A model generated the notes under the pieces. It was not told the DNA's origin. It did not search any database and worked only from the letters and a program-made list of their open reading frames with translations. DNA of 64,000 nt from Octopus sinensis (Eukaryota): assembly GCF_006345805.1 (NCBI RefSeq), contig NC_043021.1, positions 3,286,001 through 3,350,000 on the forward strand. The letters are read 5' to 3'. Shown here piece after piece: positions 1-11,834 of this stretch. The translations under genes and the position numbers were made by a program. The number at the start of each line of letters is the position of its first letter. The stretch's first letter is position 1.

Positions 1-255
1 TAAACAAAATTTAAATAGTACATTAATGCATATCCATATCAACCTATAACTATATATATATGCCTTCGTTCATATACATAGGTATATACTCACAGATATA
101 CACATGTGCACTAATAGAAACGTATAAAACATATATATATATATACGCATACACACATATATAAACATATATGCATACATACATATATATATAGTAACAT
201 GTAAACACATATATACATACATATAAAAACACTTAAACACACTAATCTAATACAG

Positions 256-326
<71 letters not shown>

Positions 327-328
<2 letters not shown>

Positions 329-523
329 TTTTACTTGCTTCAGTCATTAGACTGTGGCCATGCTGGAGCACTGCCTTCAGTTGAACTAATCGACCCCATG
401 ACTTATTCTTTGTAAGCCCAGTACTTATTCTATTGGTCTCTTTTGCTGAACCGCTAGGTTACGGGAACATAAGCACACCACCATCGGTTGTCAAGCAATG
501 TTGGAGGGACAAACACTCACACA

Positions 524-592
<69 letters not shown>

Positions 593-729
593 TAGGCTTC
601 TTTCAGTTTATGTCTACCAAATCCACTCAAAAGGCTTTGGCTGCCCGAGGCTATAATAGAAGACACTCGCCCAAGGTGCCACGCAGTGGGACTGAACTTG
701 GAATCATGTGGTTAGTATGCAAGCTACTT
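327..729 (-). mobile_element. tRNA-derived SINE family A (internal CA/TA microsatellite)
   Basis: Reverse complement of the family seen in full at 51698-52098: A-box TGGCTGTGTGG, B-box GGGTTCAGTCCC, tail CAGCATGGCCGCAGTCAAATGACTGAAACAAGTAAAAGAG. Confidence 0.9.
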
Positions 730-1339
730 TATTTCATAAATATTTGCCATGAGGGCATTACAAAGAGGGGACGAACAAGAACAAACAAACATAAAAGGGT
801 GAAGTAGCTGTAGCAATTAAATATTTACAATTTAAAAATATAATAATTTAATAAATATATTTACAACTCTTGAACGTTGCTCATTACAAATGAAATTTGT
901 AATGGCTTCTCTGAAGGATAGGCATCTGACCAACAGGGTACACAGCCATACATATCTAATGTAATGAATGTGAAAACTAATTTCTCTGTTTCAGTGTGTC
1001 ACACTTTAGACCCCTTCTCTCACTATTGAGAGACACTCCTACAATTCCTCATGATGGGGTGAGAGTAACAGAAGGCATAGATTGTGAGGCGGGTAGCAAA
1101 GACAGACAGACAGAGAGAGAGAAAAAAAGAGAGGGAGAGAAAGAGACAAATAAATTTAGAGAGAGTGTGAACTGGATGCTTTTCACATGACACCAGCACT
1201 GGCAGAGTCACCAAATAACTTGCAAGACAAGGAATTTTGAGAGGGGAGAAAGCATGGGAGGAGGTGATCTTTGTTTCAGATGATGAAAGGTTAGAGTGTG
1301 ACAGACAGGCAGAAACACTTGTCTTGCTATAGAGGAGGT

Positions 1340-2010
1340 ACATGGTTACCCGGCCACAGAGAGAGAGAGAGAGAATGAGAGAAGTAACCAGAATGAGGAC
1401 AGAGACAGGTGTGCTGATGCAAAGGAGATACTTGGTTACCTAGCCAGAGGAAAGAGCAAGAGAAGGAGAGAGATAATGATCAAGAATGAGGGCATATATG
1501 GTTACCCAGCTAGAGAGAAAGAGAAAGAAGGAAAGAGGAAGAGAGAGAACGAAAGAGAGAAAGGGAGACAAAGAAAGAGGAAGAGAAAGAACGAAAGAGG
1601 GAGAGGAAAGAGGAAGAGAGAATGAAAGAGAAGAGAGAGAAGGAAAGAGGAAGAGAGAGAAGGAAACAGAGGGGGAGAGAGAGAGAGAGATGGACACAAC
1701 CAGAATGAGGACAGAGACAGGTGTGCTGATGCAATGGAGATACTTGGTTACCTAGCCAGAGGAAATAGGAGGGGAGAGAAGGAAAGAGGGAGGGGAGAGA
1801 AGAAAAGAGGGAGGGGAGAGAAGGAAAGAGAGAGGGGAGAGAAGGAAAGAGAGAGGGGAGAGAAGGAAAGAGAGAAGGGAGAGAGATGGACATAACCAGA
1901 ATGAGGGTAGAAACAGGTGGGCTGATGTAAAGGAGATACTTGGTTACCCGGCCAGAGGAAGGAGCAAGAGAAGGAAAGAGATAATGATGAAGAATGAGGG
2001 CAGAAACAGA
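1340..2010. repeat. Complex minisatellite: ~67-bp core separated by purine-rich GA spacers
   Basis: Core AACCAGAATGAGG...GATACTTGGTTACC(T/C)(A/G)GCCAGAGGAA at 1386, 1698 and 1894, plus partial copies. Confidence 0.85.
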
Positions 2011-2324
2011 TTCTCTTTCCATCACCAGTTACTAATTGGCTCCCAAAATGGTTGTTAAGTAAACAGGCATCACAGTCACACAAGCCATGTCATTCATTTC
2101 CATTTGTCCTTGAACTTTCAACCACTTTGTTATGACTGAAAGACTAAGTTACTATAAATAGTTGTCGGGATTTCCAAATCTACTTATAGCACAATTATTT
2201 GTGTATTTATATTATTGCAGGGTTGATGAGAAGGAGAGCATCAAGCCATTGAAAATCTGCCACAAATTCCATCCGACCAATGTTAGCATGGAAATGTGGG
2301 CATTAAATGATGTTTATATCATCA

Positions 2325-2608
2325 TCATCATCATCGTTTAACGTCCGTTCTCCATGCTAGCATGGGTTGGACGGTTCGACCGGGGATCTGGGAAACCAGA
2401 AGGCTGCACCAGGCTCCAGTCTTATCTGGCAATTTTCTACAGCTGGATGCCCTTCCTAACGCCAACCACTCCGTGAGTGTAGTGGTTGCTTTTTACGTGC
2501 CACCTGCACAGGTGCCAGGCGAGGCTGGCAACGGCCACGGTCGGACTGGTGTATTTTATGTGCCACCGGCACGGAAGCCAGTCGAGGCGGCGCTGGCATC
2601 GGCCACGA
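2325..2608 (-). mobile_element. 5'-truncated RTE LINE 3' end
   Basis: Reverse complement of GGCGTTAGGAAGGGCATCCAGCTGTAGAA...CGTTAAACGATGATGATG, the same tail that ends the LINE at 9360-9510. Confidence 0.85.
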
Positions 2609-2841
2609 TATATATACCACATATATACATGTGTGTATGTGTGTGTATACTTCAGTTATTCCATATATGTTTACATACATATTACATACCATGCGCACAC
2701 ACATATAATCTGAAAGATTTATAGTGTTGCGTGAAAGATTGCTTAAATGAAAAGAACTAAAAAGCAGATGGTTTGAAAGGTTTTGCAAGGGTGATTACAG
2801 TTTAAAAGATGCTCCATGAATAGATTACCTTCTGCTTCTGT

Positions 2842-3192
2842 CAATATGTAGGGAGCTTCCATGGCATACATGGAGGCTATGGTTTTGGTTCCCGCAATGG
2901 GGAGGGAATCAGGCTGCTGGAGTTCTGCAATGCAAATGATCTTATGGTTTGGGTTTGCAATACTAACTTCAGGAATACTAACTGCCATTCACCTAGTCAC
3001 CTACCGATCTGGTAGACACACTAGTCAGATTGACTACATCCTCACCAGGAAAAGGGAAAGATGGCTACTTATAAATGCCAAAACTTTCTCAGGCAAAGAA
3101 TGTACCCCACAACATAGACTAGTAGTTAGTGACTTCAGGATCAGGGCTAAATGGATGCCCAGAAGATGACCAGCATAGAGGGGAAGGGTCTG
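2842..3192 (+). pseudogene. RTE APE-endonuclease fragment, near-copy of 6154-6500
   Basis: GGYGFGSRN, CNTNF, QIDYIL and QHRLVV motifs; shares lesions with the 6154-6500 copy. Confidence 0.9.
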
Positions 3193-3429
3193 TCAATTTG
3201 TCAAAACTTGATTGCAATAAGGGTTTCAATAAATATGGTTGAAACATTATCCCAGAAGCTGAATTCAACCCATTCAAGAGTTCCAGTAACTGCAACAGCT
3301 TGGATAGGCACCTAAACATGGAAAATTGATTCTTCATAATTTGACAGAAAACAAGCGAAACAACATAAGTGGACACTTACTCTTCTTTACACTCTCTTGT
3401 AAATATAACCATTTGAGGGGCAGATTAGT

Positions 3430-3762
3430 GGATGGATGGAAGCACTTCGTCGGTTACGACGACGAGGGTTCCAGTTGATCCGATCAATGGAACAGCCTGC
3501 TCGTGAAATTAACGTGTAAGTGGCTGAGCACTCCACAGACACGTGTACCCTTAACGTAGTTCTCGGGGATATTCAGCGTGACACAGAGAGTGACAAGGCT
3601 GGCCCTTTGAAATACAGGTACAACAGAAACAGGAAATAAGAGTGAGAGAAAGCTGTGGTGAAAGAGTACAGCAGGGATCACCACCACCCCCCTGCCGGAG
3701 CCTCGTGGAGCTTTAGGTGTTTTCGCTCAATAAACACTCACAACGCCCGGTCTGGGAATCGA
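3430..3762 (-). mobile_element. tRNA-derived SINE family C, 5'-truncated, 11-bp TSD
   Basis: TSD GGCAGATTAGT at 3419-3429 and 3763-3773; B-box remnant TCGATTCCC at the minus-strand 5' end; body recurs at 63113-63530. Confidence 0.85.
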
Positions 3763-4003
3763 GGCAGATTAGTAACTGGTGATAGAAGGTGAATCTTTTA
3801 CAAGAAAGTTTAGCAATGCTGACAATGAGTTACTGAAAACAAACAGGCTAGATCACAACCCAAAGTGACCTCCATCCGTGGAAAGTGTTGCTTAATGTTT
3901 GGTGGGAATGTGTTGGCATGATCAATAATCACAGCAGGCATTTTCTGCTACCTGTTAGAATCTGAACCATTTCACATTCAGATTCCTCAGTAAAATGTAA
4001 TGG

Positions 4004-4308
4004 CACGTAAAAAGCACCATCCGAATCGTGGCCGAAGCCAGTGCCGCCTCGACTGGCTTCCGTGCCGGTGGCACGTTAAAAGCTCCAACTGATCGTGGCC
4101 GATGCCGGACCCCCTGGCACCTGTGCAGGTGGCACATAAAAAGCACCCACTACACTCGCGGAGTGGTTAGCGTTAGGAAGGGCATCCAGCTGTAGAAACT
4201 CTGCCAGATCAGACTGGTGCCTGGTGCAGCCTCCTGGCTTCCCAGACCCCGGTCGAACCGTCCAACCCGTGCTAGCGCGGAAAACGGACGTTAAACGATG
4301 ATGATGAT
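4004..4308 (+). mobile_element. RTE LINE 3' end with ~60-bp tandem units
   Basis: GGCAC(G/A)TAAAAAGCACC units, then the RTE tail and (GAT)n. Confidence 0.85.
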
Positions 4309-4800
4309 GGCTGGTTTAAATGGTAAAGGGTTAACTCTATTGATACCAATCTACAGGAGTCTGTCCCCAGTCCAATAACACAAACTTCTTGCTTAAGGTG
4401 ATCTAAATTTAAACCGTGTATCCAAATTTTATGTTAATTTATGTTCCAAGCACCAGTTTAATAATGACAAAGTTATTATACTATGTTCTTTATTATCTGA
4501 AAGATTAATTGTAATTAAAGGCAATATATTTCAACAGAAATATAAGAGGGATAAACACTACTTTTGAAGGGAAAAAAACCTCATACAGCAAAGATCATAT
4601 CTGAAAGGAGTGAAGATCTCAGCTGGGGGAAAAATTTCAAGCTTTCCTAATTCACTAGACTCCATCTGATTACCAACTATTATGATGTTAAGAGGATCAT
4701 CTTGGAGGACTAATCCTTAAACCACACAAAGAAACGGAAATAGTTCTAGTGCATGTACATGAACATCGAAACAAATATCAATGGAAATAGTAGTAGTTAT

Positions 4801-5181
4801 ACCTGTGCCGGTGGCACATAAAAAGCACCATCCGAACGTGGCCGATGCCAGCGCCACCTCGACTGGCTTCTGTGCTGGTGGCACATAAAAAGCACCATCC
4901 GAACGTGGCCGATGCCAGCGCCGCCTTGGCTGGCTTCCGTGCCGGTGGCACGTTAAAAGCACCAACCGATCGTGGCTGATGCCAGACTCCCCTGGCACGT
5001 AAAAAGCACCCACTACACTCACGGAATGGTTGGTGTTAGGAAGGGCATCCAGCTGTAGAAACACTGCCAGATCAGACTGGAGCCTGGTGCAGCCCCTAGC
5101 TTCCCAGACCCCAGTCAAACCATCCAACCCGTGCTAGCACGGAAAACGGACGTTAAACAATGATGATGATGATGATGATGA
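4801..5181 (+). mobile_element. RTE LINE 3' end with ~60-bp tandem units
   Basis: Same structure as 4004-4308, with an extra unit; ends in (GAT)n. Confidence 0.85.
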
Positions 5182-5631
5182 CATTCTTTTCCACTAAACC
5201 AAAAGAATTTTACACAAATGGCCTTAATAAACTTATAAATCACTGCAAAGGTGTCAGTGATGAAGATGGTAACCATGTTCATGGCTGAATTCCAGTAAGA
5301 AATTTGAAGATTATTTTCTTCTTACCCAATATCTTTTACTGATGAGGTGACTGTGTGTGTATGTGTGTGCAAGTGAGATCATATTTGCCATCACCTTTCA
5401 CACAGTTTCATTGATTCTATGTAATAAAAAGCCACACTTTGTTCAGACAGTGTCCTTTGCTAGCAGTTCACTGTGTAAACGATTTTTTGCTTATGGATCC
5501 CCTTGAATCCTATTTACTCTACTAGACCTCCATTGCCATTCAACGTGTAGAAAAGAAATTCTATTGTATTTTTATAATTAAATATCATTAGGAACTGTAT
5601 AAAATATTGTGTATCCTCATCATGAAATTTT

Positions 5632-6068
5632 ATGAGAGGGAGGAGGAGCTACAGACCTCGGACATCGAAGGTAGCTGGAAATTCCTATGGGACAGCTTAC
5701 TGAGTGCCACAGACCAAGTTTGCGGATGGTGCTAAGTCCTTTCCAGACCTAGAGTAATGTGGTGGTGGAAGAATACGTTAGACAAAGCCACCAGAGCTAA
5801 GAAACAGGCCTGCAAAACCTTGAAGGGTGGAGGTAACAGGGAATTGTACCAGACAGCCAGAAGGGAGGCTGGGCGACAGATATACATAGTCAAGGGTAAA
5901 GCAGAAAAGAAGAAGTTTGCCAATGTCCAGCAATGTGAGGACCAAAGAACTGAAGTATTTCAGATTGCAAGACAGTGTGTGAGAGAAAATTGTGATGTCA
6001 CAGGAGAGAAATGTGTCCGCATGGATGATGGTGCACTTGCTTTTAATGATTCGGAAAAAGAAAGAGAC
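5632..6068 (+). pseudogene. RTE ORF2 EN-RT linker fragment (separate diverged copy)
   Basis: WWWKNTLDKA...YQTARREA...VRENCDVTGEKCVRMDDGALA, paralogous to 6780-7200. Confidence 0.85.
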
Positions 6069-6086
6069 TTGTGACACCCTCTTGCT

Positions 6087-9000
6087 GACTACCTCGTCGA
6101 CGAATGACAGGGACCTTCTCTTTGTGGCTGGTGATTTCAATGGACATGTTGGACAACATGTACGGAGCTTCCATGGCATACATGGAGGCTATGGTTTTGG
6201 TTCCCGTAATGGGGAGGAAACCAGGCTGCTGGAGTTCTGCGATGCAAATGATCTTATGGTTTGGGTTTGCAATACTAACTTCAGGAAACCTGCCAGTCTC
6301 CTAATCACCTATAGATCTGGTAGACACACTTGTCAGATTGACTACATCCTCACCAGGAAAAGGGAAAGATGGCTACTTATAAATGCCAAAACTTTCTCAG
6401 GCGAAGAATGTACCCCACAACATAGACTAGTAGTTAGTGACTTCAGGATCAGGGCTAAATGGATGCCCAGAAGATGACCAGCATAGAGGGGAAGGGTCTG
6501 GAAGCTTAAAGATCAGAGTTACTCCTGCCATTTGCCGGCGCTTCGTCCGACGTGAGTTTTCTCTCCAACTGACTCGGAGCAGCAGAAATCGTGTTCGTGC
6601 ACTGACCAACCGGCCAGCACACGCACTCATGCTCCATACCGCTGACAACTAAGAACTCAATACCCGTTGACCGCCACCTCGGCCGCGTGCCTAACACACG
6701 GACACACACACTCACAGTCGATATCACTACTTTCAATGGACAGAGATTTAGAGACATATTACTCAAAGCTTTTGATGAAATAGAGAGGGATATAGCATCA
6801 CATGACATGGAAGACAACTGGAGGTTTCTACAGGATAACCTGCTGAGGGCAACTGACCAGATCTGTGGATGGTGCAAAGTCCCCTCTCAACCCAAGGTAA
6901 CGTGGTGGTTGAACAATGTTGTTGACAGGCCATTAGGGAAGAGAAACAGATTTGGAAGGAATGGAAGAATGGTGGTAGCAGGAAATTGTATCAGACTGCC
7001 AGAAGGGAAGCTAGGGGACAGTTTTATTTAGCCAGGGGAGAAACAGATAAGAAAATATTTGCCAGTGTTCTGTGCCGTGAGGACAAAACACTTGAGGTAT
7101 TTCATGATGTGAGACAGAGTCTGAGAGAGAATCGTGATGTCAAAGGAGGAAAATGTGTTTGCATGGATGATGGTTCACTTGCATTAAACGAAGCTGCAAA
7201 GAGAGAAGTATGGAGATGCCACTATGAAAGATTCCTAAATAAAGAGAATGAATGGGAGAAAGAGAGCATGCCGAATGCTGACCCAACAGAGGGACCAGCT
7301 ATCCAAATTGACAGTGCCTTGGTAGATAAAGCAATTACATGTATGAAGACAAGGAAAGCCCCTGGCCCATCAGGAATCACTGTAGAGATGCTCAAAATAT
7401 CTGGTAGTGTCGGCTATAGCCTAGTCAACCAGGTGATACATGAAGGAATCATACCCAATGACTGGTGTAGCAGCACCATAGTCAACTGCTACAAAGATAA
7501 AGGCGATGCATTAGATACAAATAATTACAGAGGTATCAAGCTGTTGGATCAGGTAATGAAAGTTACGGGGAGGGTTTAGCCCAACTAATTAGGGAGATGG
7601 TCAGTCTAGATGAGATGCAATTTGGGTTTGTGCCAGGCAAAAGCACCATTGATGCTATATTTCTGGTAAGACAGCTGCAGGAGAAATACCTAGCCAAAGA
7701 TAAACCCCTGTACCTAGCTTTCGTTGACATGGAGAAAGCCTTTGACAGGGTCCCCCGATCCCTTATCTGGTGGTCAATGAGGAAACTAGGGATAGATGAA
7801 TGGTTAGTAAGAGCTGTGCAAGCCATGTACAAGGACGCTGTCAGTAAGGTGAGGGTTGGCAACGAGTACAGTGAAGAATTCCAGGTAGAGGTAGGGGTCC
7901 ACCAAGATTCAATCCTCAGCCCCCTCCTATTTATCATAGTCCTCCTGGCAATAAGACGAATTCAAGACAGGATGCCCCTGGGAGCTCCTCTATGCTGATG
8001 ACCTTATTCTTATTGCTGAGTCACTATCAGAACTAGAGGAGAAGCTTCAGGTGTGGAAGCAATGATTAGAATCGAAGGGCCTTAGAGTCAACCTAGCTAA
8101 AACCAAAGTCTTATTAAGTAGGAAGACAGACAAACCACAAATCCCTTCAGGTAGATGGCCCTGCTCGATCTGTAGAAAAGGCGTAGGTAGAAACTTCATA
8201 AGATGTACCCAGTGTAAGCTATGGACACATAAGAGGTGCAGCAATATCAAAGGAAGGCTAACTGGGAAGATAGTTTTTGTATGTAGAAGATGCTCAGGAG
8301 CAATAAAAACTGGAAATGTGCAGAGAACAACTTCTGTCACATTCCAGGGAGAAAAACTAGAAGTGGTTGACAGCTTCCATTACCTAGGTGACCAAGTCAG
8401 TAGCAGGGGTGGATGCTCTGAAAGTGTAGCTGCTAGAATAAGAGTAGCCTGGGCAAAGTTCAGAGAGCTCCTACCTCTGCTGGTAACAAAGGGCCTCTCA
8501 CTCAGAGTAAACGGTAGACTGTATGATGCATGTGTATGAACAGCCGTGCTACATGGCAGTGAAACATGGGCGGTGACTGCTGAGGACATGCATAAGCTTG
8601 CAAGGAATGAAGCCAGTATACTCCGCTGGATGTGTCATGTCAGTGTGCATACACGACAGAGTGTAAGCACCTTGAGAGAAAAGTTGGACCTAAGAAGCAT
8701 CAGATGTGGTGTGCAAGAGAGATGACTGCACTGGTATGGATATGTGGTGCAAATGGATGAGGACAGCTGTGTGAAAAAGCGTCACACCCTAGCAGTTGAG
8801 GGAATCTGTGGAAGAGGTAGACCCAGGAAGACCTGGGATGAGGTGGTGAAGCACGACCTTTGAACATTGGGCCTCAGCAAGGCAATGACAAGTGACTGAG
8901 ACCTTTGGAAATCTGCTGTGCTTGCGAGGACCCGGCAAGCCAAGTGAGACCATAACCCATGGCCTATACCAGCGGTGTAACCAGCCTACTTATGCGATGC

Positions 9001-9510
9001 TTGCAAAGACCGGTTGAGGCAAGTGAAATCACAATCAAAATCAAATTTGCTGACCTGGCCAATGACAGCACCGCCTGAAGGGCACCCGTGCCAGTGGAAC
9101 GCTAGAAGCACCATCCGAGCGTAGTCATTACCAGGGCTGCTGACTGGCTCCTGTGCCATTTCACATAAAAAGCACCAATTGAGCATGAATGTTACCAGCA
9201 TCGCCTTACTGGCACTGTGCTGGTGGCACTTGTGCTGGTGGCACATGAAAAACAACATTCGAGCAAGGTCATTGCCAGTGCCACTGGACTGTGCAGGTGA
9301 CATAAAAAACACCATTTCAGTGTAGCCATCGCCAGTACCGCCTGACTACATTACACTACCAGAGTGGTTGGCGTTAGGAAAGGCATCGAGCTGTAGAAAC
9401 TCTGTCAGTTCAGATTGGAGTCTGGAGCAGCCATCTGGCTTGCCAGTCCTCAGTCAAACCGTCCAATCGATACCAGCATGGAAAGCGGACATTAAACGAT
9501 GATGATGATG
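6087..9510 (+). mobile_element. RTE-clade LINE, 5'-truncated, frameshifted (EN C-half, RT, PHD-like finger, 3' UTR)
   Basis: GDFNGHVG, QIDYIL, YRGIKLL, QFGFVPGKST, FVDMEKAFDRVP, LLYADDL (~7985), FHYLG; 3' UTR with tandem units and (GAT)n tail; several stops and frameshifts. Confidence 0.95.
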
Positions 9511-9515
9511 ACATG

Positions 9516-9549
<34 letters not shown>

Positions 9550-9550
<1 letters not shown>

Positions 9551-9780
9551 CAAGATAAGAAAATGGAGAAATACATCTAAATCAAATATCAATTACCAGA
9601 TAGTACTCAATCACATACTTTATTAAACCACCACATAAGAGACTGTAGGGTTAAATATAAAATGCAGAACAAGTCAGTGTACATAAAGGAATGTACATAA
9701 AAAAGTGTACATAAAAGGGTAATATATCATCAATATAAGCAACAAGGATATCCAAGGTATCCTTGTTGCTTATTTTGATT
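9550..9780. mobile_element. Dispersed repeat, probably Penelope-like terminal fragment
   Basis: Near-identical to 51165-51320 and, inverted, to 12212-12358; ends in a fold-back hairpin. The PLE label is inference. Confidence 0.55.
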
Positions 9781-10111
9781 ATAATCACCCCATTTAATTT
9801 ATATGGATAATACCATACAAAATTCTGATGCCTTTAACTTAAGTACCATATTCATCTGAATCTAAATTTTGCTGAACTATATATTATATATATATATATA
9901 TACACACACACACATATATATACATATATATATATACACACACACATATATATACATATATATACACACATATATATACATATATATATATACACACATA
10001 TATATACATACATATCTCTATACACATACCTATATATACATCTTTCTATACACATACCTATATATACATCTCTCTATACACATATCTATATATACACATA
10101 TATGTATACAT

Positions 10112-10625
10112 ATGCTGTTTCAGAACGGGTGTGTCAGAAATGGTTCGCTTGATTTCAATCAGGGAATTTTTCAGTAAGAGATGCACCTCGCTCTGACTGG
10201 TGAAAAGAAATTTACATCGACCAACTGAGAACTATAGTCAAACAAGACTGCAGTCTTACAACCAGACAAATTGCAGATATTCTTAACATATCCAAAACAA
10301 GTGTGGAAAATGAATTGCATAAACTTGGTTCCGTTTCTAAACTTGATGTTTGGGTTCCCCATAAATTGACAGAAGCAAATCTTGTCCAGAGGGTTTCCAT
10401 TTGCGATTCATTACGGAAAAGGGAAAGCAACAAACCCTTTTTGAGAAGAATTGTCACTGGAGATGAAAAGTGGGTAATTTACAATAACGTGAAACAAAGA
10501 AGATCATGGAAAAAAGCAGGGGATTCTCCAAAACGAACACCCCAAGCAGGTCTTCACCCAAAGAAAGTTCTGTTATCGATATGGTGGGATTGGAAGGGTG
10601 TTATCTTTTTTGAACTTCTTCCCTT
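10112..10625 (+). pseudogene. Mariner (DD34D-type) transposase fragment
   Basis: WVPHKL, FLRRIVTGDEKW, LHPKKVLLSIWWDWKGVIFFELL. Confidence 0.92.
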
Positions 10626-10634
10626 GAATAAAAG

Positions 10635-10983
10635 AGATTCTCAGAGAGGACTGGCCGAAATTTCTCTCCACACCAGACATTGACATGAAACTAGAATGTT
10701 TCATGTCTTCTGTGCAAGCCATATGCCAGAAATATGTCCCAGAGCACAAGGCCAAAACAAATAGGAGCAAGACTGTAGCAGTTTTTAAATCAAAGCTGGA
10801 CATCTTCCTGTCGAGAGTCGCAGATGAACCTACCTCACAGCAAGAGGTGCAAATGAGGGTAGCTATATCAAACTGCATTCTTCACCAAGTGCCGCATATT
10901 AGAGGAGGCTCTTAGTAATAACAGTGTAGCACAAAACGGCAGTGCATCAGCATGGCCGCAGCTCTGAGCAGAAACAAGAAAAA
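10635..10983 (+). mobile_element. CR1/L2-like LINE remnant (linker fused to C-terminus and 3' UTR)
   Basis: DWPKF...ICQKYVP linker-like segment and FKSKLDIFLSRVADEP...SNCILHQ, typical of the CR1/L2/Jockey-group ORF2 end. Confidence 0.7.
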
Positions 10984-11771
10984 CGATATATATATATATA
11001 TTTTTTTTTTCTCGTTTCAGCTCAGAGCTGCGGACAATCATTACAACATCAAATACAATGTGAAACATAGCAGATACATTAAAGAAAATAACATGCAACA
11101 GAATCAACAAGAAAACAACAAAACAAAGCATGCAGGTACAACACAGTCCGGAGACGAACAGTTCAAATCAAAACAGTACAATGTTCTACATTAAAGTCTT
11201 TCTCTTTCTTTTTCTCTTTAACAACTCTTTTCAATGTTCATTACAATCTCATTTCTTTTCTTCCTCCTTTCCTTCTTTCTTTTTCTTTTGACACATCAAT
11301 TCTTTTTTAGTTCAACAATTTCTTTTTTTCTCTTCATCACAGATTACAATTTATGTCACAATTCTTTCTTTTACATTTCACATCAAAAGACAAACAAAAC
11401 TTTACAGTTACATTTTCTAGTTACAATAGCCGTGCCTTTCCGCCGTAATCCCTCTCTTTCGCTCTACATGTTCCCAATGCTACCTGTCTGTCTTCCTCTA
11501 TGTTGTCATCCTCTCGCTTGTCATCTCCCACATTCACCGTCTCCGGCAGACTGCTAAACTGCCCCGTTGCCAAACTGACCACGATCCCAACTCACTCTGC
11601 TTTTTAAAGGGTGGTTTCTTAAACTTTCCCTGACCGGAAAAGGGCAGAGGTCTCTTCGAAACTTGTTAATCTTTCCAGAAAATGGCAGAACATAAGCTTT
11701 AGCCGTCTGTTTGACGCCAACTGCCAAAACCAGGCCACGAGCACTCTGTTTCTCAACTGACCTCCATATCA

Positions 11772-11816
<45 letters not shown>

Positions 11817-11834
11817 ATATATATAAATAAATAT

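Larger units (their letters stand above)
2710..5290 (+). pseudogene. Mariner transposase fossil split by nested insertions
   Basis: Collinear degenerate motifs: RWFERFCKGDYSLKDAP (~2770), KLILHNLTEN (~3320, WVPHEL-like), RLVTGD (~3765), LHPWKVLLNVWW (~3875), KPHTAK and SDYQL (~4580-4680), FFSTKPKEFYTNGLNKL (~5185). Confidence 0.7.

Noticed and set aside
1386-1960. CRISPR-like repeat-spacer look
   Set aside because: Eukaryotic context, low-complexity variable spacers, no cas genes.
5335-5400. CTGATGA-GGTGA...TCACC
   Set aside because: Followed by TTTC, not GAAA; no helix I.
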